DNA of 64,000 nt. Source: Acidimicrobiia bacterium (GTDB taxonomy: Bacteria; Actinomycetota; Acidimicrobiia; Spongiisociales; ZC4RG35). The DNA lies in the NCBI GenBank assembly GCA_035544575.1, contig DATKEC010000044.1:2851-66850 (forward strand), in the 5' to 3' direction. The translations under genes and the position numbers were made by a program. Of this stretch, positions 57,342 to 64,000 are shown one piece after another. The notes under the pieces were generated by a model that was not told the origin of the DNA, searched no databases, and was given only the letters and a program-made list of their open reading frames with translations. The stretch's first letter is position 1. The number at the start of each line of letters is the position of its first letter.

Positions 57342-58157
57342 GTGCACCTGCCCCGGCCTTTGTTGTTCCTGCTCTCGGCACTTCTCCTGCTCGGAGCTTG
57401 CGCTGGTCTCGACGACGCCGCAGCCGACACGTTCCCGCGGCAGGCCTCCCAGCCGGCGGTGGTGGGCGCGGCTCCCACGTCTCCGGTCACGACACTCGCC
57501 ATCGGTCCTTCCACGACGTCGACCACGACACAGCCAGTCGAGCCACGCGCCCCCGAGCCTCACACCTGGACGGCAGCCAAAGCGGATGATCGTTTGGATG
57601 TCTTCGAGGCCCCGGGGGACGCCGAGCCTTCCCGGGTCTTGCCCGCCCAGACGATCCTCGGCACACCGACGGTGGTGCTCGTCCTGGGGGGCAGCGACGC
57701 GTGGCTGGAGGTCCTCCTCCCGGGCCGTCCCAACGGTGACACGGGGTGGATCAGGGCGATCGACGTCGAGCGCTATGAACTGCGGCGTCAGGCAGTCATC
57801 GATCTGACGATGCGCACGCTGCAGGTGCTCGAAGGCGAGCGCGTGATCTTCGAGACGCAGGTGGGGATCGGCGGGCCTTCGTCACCGACGCCAACGGGAA
57901 ATTTCTTCATCACCGACGCGGTGCGTATCACCGTGCCCACCGGGCCTTGGGGGGCGTACGCATTCGGATTGTCGGCTCGGTCCGACACCGTGACCGAGTT
58001 CAACGGCGGTGACGGGATCATCGGTATCCACGGCACCAACCGTCCGACGTCGATCGGCGAGGCTCAGTCGCTGGGCTGCGTACGCCTGGACAACGAGGTG
58101 ATGCTCGAGCTCGCCGAACTGCTGTCTGTCGGCAGTCCCGTGACGATCAAGGCCTGA
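57342..58157 (+). CDS. L,D-transpeptidase (YkuD) lipoprotein
   Basis: LGAC lipobox, Thr-rich linker, TPTGNF, IGIHG, SLGCVR. Leaderless TACTCT-N7-GTG. Confidence 0.92.
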   Translation: MHLPRPLLFLLSALLLLGACAGLDDAAADTFPRQASQPAVVGAAPTSPVTTLAIGPSTTSTTTQPVEPRAPEPHTWTAAKADDRLDVFEAPGDAEPSRVLPAQTILGTPTVVLVLGGSDAWLEVLLPGRPNGDTGWIRAIDVERYELRRQAVIDLTMRTLQVLEGERVIFETQVGIGGPSSPTPTGNFFITDAVRITVPTGPWGAYAFGLSARSDTVTEFNGGDGIIGIHGTNRPTSIGEAQSLGCVRLDNEVMLELAELLSVGSPVTIKA

Positions 58158-58714
58158 GGGGTTCAGAAATCTCTCGTCGGACGGGTAGCAGGAATCGGCG
58201 CGGCGAGCCCGCGAGCGACACGAGCCGAGATCCGGTTCTCATCGGCAACGACATCATGCGGGGAGCGCCGACGGCGTAACCCTGAAAGAGATCGAAGCCG
58301 AGTTCGAGACACCGACGGAACTCGACGTCGGTTTCCACCTTTTCGGCCAAGCGGAGCACTCCGGCGGCGCGCAAGTCCCTGACGAGGTCCCCGACCACAT
58401 CGAGTCCCAGCGCCTGGATGTCGAGCTTGACGATGTCACAGGGTGTGACGAGCCCCCGACGGACCTTGGGTCGAGAGCCGCCAGGCTGCCATCGACGATC
58501 AACTCTCGGGGCAGATTGACGGAGGCAGGCACGCCTTCGCAAACGTCGGCACCATGGCGATCGAGTGTCCCAGGATCGTGCGGGTCGCCCGAACTGCATC
58601 GGAGAACACCGCCGATTGCGCCAAGCGGTCGGCACGAAACAGGACCTCGTACGCCAGCGTGACACCGGAACGGTCGACGATCGGTTGGCGCGCGAGGTGA
58701 TGGGTCGAGGTCAC
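58147..58714 (-). pseudogene. Degraded EAL-domain (YuxH-like) gene
   Basis: Three frames give HLARQPIVD..AYEVLFR / VNLPRELI / DIVKLDI..LAEKVETDVEF..LGFDLFQGY. Frameshift near 58570, internal deletion near 58450, no HDOD domain. Confidence 0.75.
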
Positions 58715-58755
58715 GATGTTGTCTCGGTGACCTTGTCGGCCGAAGCCGCCGTCGA

Positions 58756-59616
58756 TCAAGGAGCCGATTTGGCTCCGATCCAGGCATTGGAGATCACCGG
58801 TGAGTCGCGTTCGGCCGTCCGCGCGTCGATGACCCAGCCGCCGTCGCCCTTCCACATCCGTGTGACGACCGTCTCACCGGGGAACACCACACCGCTGAAT
58901 CTGGCCCGATAGTCGGCCACGCCGCCCGCGTCACCGCCGAGAACCGAGTCGACGACGGCCTTGCACACGATTCCGTACGAGCACAGCCCGTGGAGGATCG
59001 GACGATCGAACCCGCCGAACGCGGCAACGGCCGGATCGGCGTGAAGTGGATTCTTGTCCCCTGACAGGCGGTACAGCAGTGCCTGCTGGGGCAATGTCGC
59101 CGACTCCACCACGTGGTCAGGGTCACGATCGGGGGGAGTGCTCCGCGGCTCGGGACCGGACTCGCCACCGAAACCACCCTCGCCGCGGATGAAGATCGAC
59201 ACGGTGTTCGTGAACAGCGGCTTGTCGGCGACGTCGTGGGAGACGATTTCCATCACGACGAGGGCGCCCTTGCCCTTGTCGTAGACCTCGGCGACGCGCG
59301 CTCGGTTCGTCACCGAGGCCTCACTGGGAATGGGTCCGTTGAGTTCGATCGACTGTTCGCCGTGGAGGATCATCACCGGATTGATGTCGAGACCGTCGAT
59401 GTCGAGCACGTTCATCATCGTCGGGAACATCGGGATCGTGGCGAAACTCGGGAGAACTTCGAGGTTCGCCTCGTAGACGTAGGACAGCTCCCGCTGGTCG
59501 GTCGGCGGAACCCCCGCCCCGATTCCCAGGTGATAGAGGATGACGTCATCGGCATCCCAGGTGTGGGTGGTGTCCGGTATGGCGGCAGCCAGTACGCGTT
59601 CGGGGTCGATCGGCAT
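58756..59616 (-). CDS. MaoC-type (R)-enoyl-CoA hydratase (hydratase-2)
   Basis: DVILYHLGIGAG, ILHGEQ, YRLSGDKNPLHADP, ILHGLCSYG, VFPGET. Confidence 0.93.
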   Translation of the reverse strand: MPIDPERVLAAAIPDTTHTWDADDVILYHLGIGAGVPPTDQRELSYVYEANLEVLPSFATIPMFPTMMNVLDIDGLDINPVMILHGEQSIELNGPIPSEASVTNRARVAEVYDKGKGALVVMEIVSHDVADKPLFTNTVSIFIRGEGGFGGESGPEPRSTPPDRDPDHVVESATLPQQALLYRLSGDKNPLHADPAVAAFGGFDRPILHGLCSYGIVCKAVVDSVLGGDAGGVADYRARFSGVVFPGETVVTRMWKGDGGWVIDARTAERDSPVISNAWIGAKSAP

Positions 59617-60527
59617 CAGGTGGACGAGAGGATCTGGCCGAGCAGGCCGAGTTCGTCGGTGGCGGAGCCGAGAACCTGGTACTCGCTGATGTCGCGGATC
59701 GTGTCGATGTTCGCCGCAACCTCTTCCACGGATGGCACGGTGGCCTTTCCGGCAAACCATCCCTGGTTCACGCCGATGAAGAACCTGGAGTAGCGGCCTC
59801 CCCCGGCGGAGAAGATCTCGTGGGTGTACTCGTTGGCTTCGGAGCACAGGAAGACCACCATCGGCATCACCTGGCTCGGATCGAGGAGGTCGGCGAACGG
59901 TCCGAGCAGATCCTCGGTCATCCGAGTGCGCGCCACCGGTGCGATGACGTTCGACTTGATGCCGTACTTCATCCCTTCGATGGCCAGCACGTTCGACAGG
60001 CCGACGAGACCCATCTTCGCCGCCCCGTAGTTGGCCTGTCCGAAGTTCCCGAGGATTCCGGCGTTCGAGGCGGTGAACACGAACCGGCCGTATCCGGCAT
60101 CCTTCATGTGTCGAAAGGCGGGTTGGGAGACGAAGAAGGCGCCACGCAGGTGCACGTCCAAGACGGTCTGGATCTCGGAGAGCTCCATGTTCGCAAAGCT
60201 GCGGTCCCGCAGGATTCCGGCGTTGTTGACGACGATGTCCACCGAGCCGAATGCAGTCAACGCGGCATCCACGATGGCCCCACCCGATTCAGGGTCTGAC
60301 ACCGAGTCGTAGCTCGCCACTGCTTCGCCGCCCGCGGACACGATCTCTTCGACGACGACATCGGCCGCGCGGGTCCCGGCTCCCGTGCCGTCGACAGAGC
60401 CGCCGAGATCGTTGACGACGACCCGCGCACCGCGCCGCGCCAGCTCGACGGCGTAGGAACGTCCCAGCCCCCCGCCTGCCCCGGTCACGATCGCGGTCCT
60501 TCCGTCGAAACTGATGGGTTCTGTCAT
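59616..60527 (-). CDS. SDR, MFE-2-type 3-hydroxyacyl-CoA dehydrogenase
   Basis: VTGAGGGLGRSYA, VNDLGGS, NNAGILRD, GNFGQANYGAAK, APVARTRMT. Confidence 0.93.
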   Translation of the reverse strand: MTEPISFDGRTAIVTGAGGGLGRSYAVELARRGARVVVNDLGGSVDGTGAGTRAADVVVEEIVSAGGEAVASYDSVSDPESGGAIVDAALTAFGSVDIVVNNAGILRDRSFANMELSEIQTVLDVHLRGAFFVSQPAFRHMKDAGYGRFVFTASNAGILGNFGQANYGAAKMGLVGLSNVLAIEGMKYGIKSNVIAPVARTRMTEDLLGPFADLLDPSQVMPMVVFLCSEANEYTHEIFSAGGGRYSRFFIGVNQGWFAGKATVPSVEEVAANIDTIRDISEYQVLGSATDELGLLGQILSST

Positions 60528-60547
60528 CGTCTTCCTTCCTCGACTGG

Positions 60548-61696
60548 TCAGAGCCCGAGGCCCTTGCCGATGATTTCTTTCATGATCTCGGTTGTCCCCC
60601 CGTAGATCGTCTGCACCCTGGCGTCCCTGTACGCCCGGGCGATCGGATACTCCTCCATGTATCCCCAGCCACCGAAGAACTGGAGACACGAGTCGATCAC
60701 CCGCTTCTCGAGTTCCGTCGCCCACCATTTCGCCTTCGCGGCGTCTTCGGCGGAGAGGGCGCCTTCGTTGAGGAGGAGTACCTGACGATCGAGATACGTC
60801 TGGGTCACGTCCAACTCCGTGCGCATCTCTGCCATGCGGTGCTTCACCGCCTGGTTCGATCCGATCGTCGAGCCGAAGGCCTTCCTCTCGCCGATGTAGG
60901 CGAGCGTCCACTCGAATGCCTGTTGAGCGTGCGCGAGCGAGCCCACCGCCAGCGAAAGCCGCTCTTGCGGCAGGTTCGCCACGAGGTGGTAGAAGCCCCG
61001 GCCCTCGTCGCCGAGGCGGTTGGCGACGGGGACCGCCACGTCCTGGAAGAACAACTCGGCTGTGTCCTGGGCATGCAGGCCGATCTTGTCGAGATTGCGG
61101 CCGCGGGTGAAGCCCTCCATGCCTGCTTCGACGACAACCAGACTCATGCCCGCGTGCCGCTGCGTCGGGTCGGTCTTGACGGCGGTGACGACCACATCTG
61201 AGTTGATTCCGTTGGTGATGAACGTCTTGGAGCCGTTCACGATGTAGTGGTCGCCGTCACGGATCGCCGTCGTGGCGATGCCGGCGAGGTCCGATCCCGC
61301 TCCCGGCTCGGTCATGGCGATCGCAGACATCAGCTCCCCGGACGCCAGACCCGGCAGCCAGCGCTCCTTCTGCCCGTCATCGGCGAGGTGGAGGAAGTAG
61401 GGCAACGCCACGTCGTTGTGGAGGGTGATGCACATGCCGGCGCCCATCACATCCGCCCGCATCACCTCTTCGAGGATCACGGCGTTGAAACGGAAGTCGG
61501 GGATCCCCCCGCCTCCGTACCGTTCCGGGATCGCCATCCCGAGCAGTCCCAACTGACCGGCCTTGCGGAACATCGCCTTGTCCACCTTGCCTTCGTCTTC
61601 CCATCGGTCGCGATGGGGGACGACTTCGGTGTTCATGAATCCCGCGACGGTCTGGCGGAAGAGCTCGTGCTCGGGCTCGTACAGGTCGCGGCGCAT
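60548..61696 (-). CDS. Acyl-CoA dehydrogenase (long-chain-specific family)
   Basis: EHELFR, AIAMTEPGAGSDL, NGSKTFITNG, QDTAELFF, LPQERL, FFGGWGYMEEY, IYGGTTEIMK. Confidence 0.95.
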   Translation of the reverse strand: MRRDLYEPEHELFRQTVAGFMNTEVVPHRDRWEDEGKVDKAMFRKAGQLGLLGMAIPERYGGGGIPDFRFNAVILEEVMRADVMGAGMCITLHNDVALPYFLHLADDGQKERWLPGLASGELMSAIAMTEPGAGSDLAGIATTAIRDGDHYIVNGSKTFITNGINSDVVVTAVKTDPTQRHAGMSLVVVEAGMEGFTRGRNLDKIGLHAQDTAELFFQDVAVPVANRLGDEGRGFYHLVANLPQERLSLAVGSLAHAQQAFEWTLAYIGERKAFGSTIGSNQAVKHRMAEMRTELDVTQTYLDRQVLLLNEGALSAEDAAKAKWWATELEKRVIDSCLQFFGGWGYMEEYPIARAYRDARVQTIYGGTTEIMKEIIGKGLGL

Positions 61697-62307
61697 CAGG
61701 CTGCCTCCTCGATCAAGGTGGTGAACACGGACTTCCAGCGTTCGATGGTGGTCCGCTGTCGCCGGTGGTCGGTGCGCAGGATCGACGTCAGGGCCGCACC
61801 CCGCATGAACTGGAGGGTGAGTTCGATGGCCTCGGAGAACGCCGGACGGGCCGCCGCCACATCTCCGAACAGCAACTCCATCGCGGTGTCGAGCTGCCGG
61901 CGCAACGACCGCTCGAACTCGAGGACCGCCGAACGCAACTCGGCGTCGGTGCGCGACGCCGACCACAGCTCGAGTGTGGCGGTGAACAGCGGGCCGGTGA
62001 ACGTCTCCCACAGCAGGTCGATGGCCTGGGATGTCCGGTCGGGACTGTCGTCGAATGCGGCTGCCTGTGCCACGAGGTTGGCACCGCGTTGTTCGGCGAG
62101 ATGACGAACTGCGGCAACGAGAAGATCCGCCTTCGATCCGAAGTGATGCATGAGTGCGCCGCGGCTGACTCCGGCCCGCTTCTGGACGGCGGCGGTGGTC
62201 GTGCCCGAATAGCCCAACTCGACGAGACAGTCGACGGTGGCGTCGAGCACCCGGGTACGGGTCTCGGCAGAACGCTCCTCTTGCGTGCGTCGGAGTGGAA
62301 TCGACAC
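61696..62307 (-). CDS. TetR-family transcriptional regulator
   Basis: QEERSAETRTRVLDATVDCLVELGYSGTT..AGVSRGALMHHF. Leaderless TACGGT-N7-GTG. Confidence 0.95.
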   Translation of the reverse strand: MSIPLRRTQEERSAETRTRVLDATVDCLVELGYSGTTTAAVQKRAGVSRGALMHHFGSKADLLVAAVRHLAEQRGANLVAQAAAFDDSPDRTSQAIDLLWETFTGPLFTATLELWSASRTDAELRSAVLEFERSLRRQLDTAMELLFGDVAAARPAFSEAIELTLQFMRGAALTSILRTDHRRQRTTIERWKSVFTTLIEEAA

Positions 62308-62314
62308 TGCGCGA

Positions 62315-62361
62315 ACCGTACCGAGGCGTTCAGACGGTCACAAACCGAATGGTCGGTTTGT
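62315..62361 (-). promoter_or_regulatory. TetR operon promoter with palindromic operator
   Basis: TTGTGA-N17-TACGGT. Perfect 9-bp inverted repeat ACAAACCGA-N4-TCGGTTTGT (62340-62361) overlaps the -35. Confidence 0.7.
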
Positions 62362-62372
62362 AATTCCGGGCC

Positions 62373-64000
62373 TCACCCTGACAGTCCCAGCGACCGGGCG
62401 AGGAACGAGGCCATGGAATCGCGCGCCACCGCCGCATCCGGGCAATAGCTGAGCGGGGCCGTGGAGCAACCGGCGGTCACTCCGGCGGCCAGGATTCCCT
62501 CGGCCGCGCCGGCATACCAGGCATCGGAAGGAACGTCGGAGAACGCTCCGGTCGGCTGCACCGCGTCGAGCCAGTCGAATGCCCTCGTCAGGAACACCGC
62601 CATCTCGGCGCGGCTGACCAGCGCGTTCGGACGGAAGGTTCCGTCGCCATACCCCACGGAGATCCCCAACTCCGCCAGGCGGTTCACAGAAGGAGCGAAC
62701 CACTCGCCCGCGGGAACGTCACTGAATGTGCTGTTGGACGAAGCCACAGTGGTGTCGCTGATCGCCCGCAGCAGGAATGCCGCCATCTCGGCGCGGCTCA
62801 CGTTTCGACTGGGACAGTACCGGTCCGTCGTGGCATTGCAGCCAGTGCTCACGCCCACAGCCGCAATCGCCTCGATCGCATCTTCATGGATGTTCCCGTT
62901 GTCGTCGACGAACCGCTCGGAGACTGCAGCGCCGCTCACCGCGAGTGAAAAAGCCTGGCCGTCGTAGGCCACCACTTCGATCGTGACGCCACGCACCTGG
63001 AAGGACTCCCCCACGCCATAGACGTGTCCGTCCGTCCAAGGTTCGGCGGGAACCGGAACCTGGGAGGTGCGCCGCTCCACGCCCCAACACGTCCCGGAGG
63101 TGGGCTGGTGACAGTCCAGTTCGGTCTGATCGATCCGGTAGACCTCGATGCCTTCGAACGGCACACCGCCGTCGAAGGCGCTTCTCACGCGCGCACCGAG
63201 CACTTCATAGGACCCCACCGGTCCGTCCGCCGGCAAAACGAGCAACTCGCTGACACCCCCGGTGCCCTGGGGGGACAAGCGGTAGGTGAGAGAGCCGGCA
63301 CGATGGAAACGGACCTTCGACGAAGACAGCCATCCGGCCGCGTAGCGGTTCAACCCGATCGTGCCGATGTCGAGGGCGTTGTCGTCCCCGCCGCTCATGA
63401 CATCCATGGCGTTGTCGTACTCGTAGACCAAGCCGCCGAGGAACGTCACCTCGCCTCCATAAGAATGGGGCAGGGAGATGGCATGTCCGAGTTCGTGGGC
63501 GATCGTCCGCAGCGCGGGCGGCTCTCCCCCCACCGACATCACCGTCGCGCCACCGACGACGGCGAAACGCCCGTTTCCGGGATACGTCGTCGGACACGTC
63601 GAAACCACTTCGCACCAGACACCCGCCGTGGCAAAGCCACCGGCGTAGGGAGCATCGACCACGATGAGGGCCCCCCGGGTCGCGCCGCTCGCCCGCTCCG
63701 CCACGCGGGACCGGCACTCCGGCTGCATGTCGAACGGATCATCGGGCCAGGTCGTCGCTCCGGCGGTGACGGTCCCGCCGACCTGGAAGACCGGCCGGTA
63801 CATGGCGTCCGACAGCCAGATGAAGTACGGGTCCATCTGGGCATTCAGGAGGTTCGTGACCGTCTGGGGATTGATCGAGAGGCCGCCATTGGCCGTGTCG
63901 CACACCCACACCTCCCAACTGTCCACCCCCCGCGAATACGCCCGGACCTGGTCGGCGTACGCCACGAGATCGAGTTCGTCGGCTCCATACGGATCCACGG
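62373..64000 (-). CDS. Secreted metzincin-type metalloprotease (M6/M11-like) with C-terminal SLH domains; 5' end outside window
   Basis: AHELGHAISLPH zinc motif, YDNAMDVMS Met-turn; SLH-like FVDDNG, FSDVP repeats with SRAEMAAFL/SRAEMAVFL/ARDSMASFL. Confidence 0.85.
   Translation of the reverse strand, partial: VDPYGADELDLVAYADQVRAYSRGVDSWEVWVCDTANGGLSINPQTVTNLLNAQMDPYFIWLSDAMYRPVFQVGGTVTAGATTWPDDPFDMQPECRSRVAERASGATRGALIVVDAPYAGGFATAGVWCEVVSTCPTTYPGNGRFAVVGGATVMSVGGEPPALRTIAHELGHAISLPHSYGGEVTFLGGLVYEYDNAMDVMSGGDDNALDIGTIGLNRYAAGWLSSSKVRFHRAGSLTYRLSPQGTGGVSELLVLPADGPVGSYEVLGARVRSAFDGGVPFEGIEVYRIDQTELDCHQPTSGTCWGVERRTSQVPVPAEPWTDGHVYGVGESFQVRGVTIEVVAYDGQAFSLAVSGAAVSERFVDDNGNIHEDAIEAIAAVGVSTGCNATTDRYCPSRNVSRAEMAAFLLRAISDTTVASSNSTFSDVPAGEWFAPSVNRLAELGISVGYGDGTFRPNALVSRAEMAVFLTRAFDWLDAVQPTGAFSDVPSDAWYAGAAEGILAAGVTAGCSTAPLSYCPDAAVARDSMASFLARSLGLSG

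Noticed and set aside
1-64000. CRISPR arrays, IS elements, integrases, prophage, tRNA or rRNA genes
   Set aside because: No regularly spaced repeats, transposase/recombinase motifs or stable-RNA signatures were found by eye. The PD-(D/E)XK proteins fit AdnAB/RecB contexts, not Cas4 loci.

Overview
High-GC, gene-dense chromosomal segment. Gene content and order (ddl-Lrp-rpmB-DAK2-recG, AdnAB, InhA-like FabI, SLH protein, many leaderless genes) point to Actinomycetota, most likely class Acidimicrobiia; this is inference. About 58 CDS, mostly housekeeping. I saw no tRNA, rRNA, CRISPR array or mobile element. Three things stand out. (1) An ~850 nt intergenic region (12090-12945) appears to hold two tandem, paralogous, highly structured minus-strand ncRNA genes of ~150 and ~420 nt. 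Each has its own sigma70-type promoter, the same upstream 20-bp-phased direct repeat, a 5' GCGA hairpin and a conserved 3' domain with swapped tetraloops. I could not match them to any RNA family I know. (2) A probable sulfoquinovose monooxygenase (sulfo-SMO) module (SmoC-like, SmoB-like and a GH188/SqgA-like gene) lies beside an alpha-glucoside-type ABC importer and LacI, with no flavin reductase in the window. (3) Several unusual architectures or modules: an HD-GYP domain fused to extracellular Ig-like repeats, a DUF1059 pair under a SARP with 11-bp repeats, a CCAEP-tail radical SAM, an Epsilonproteobacteria-like hydrolase/membrane-MurF/Ddl trio, and a PlsY lacking its usual His residues. 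All family calls come from motif recognition by eye; no database search or RNA folding program was run. Many start codons were moved inward from the supplied ORF track.
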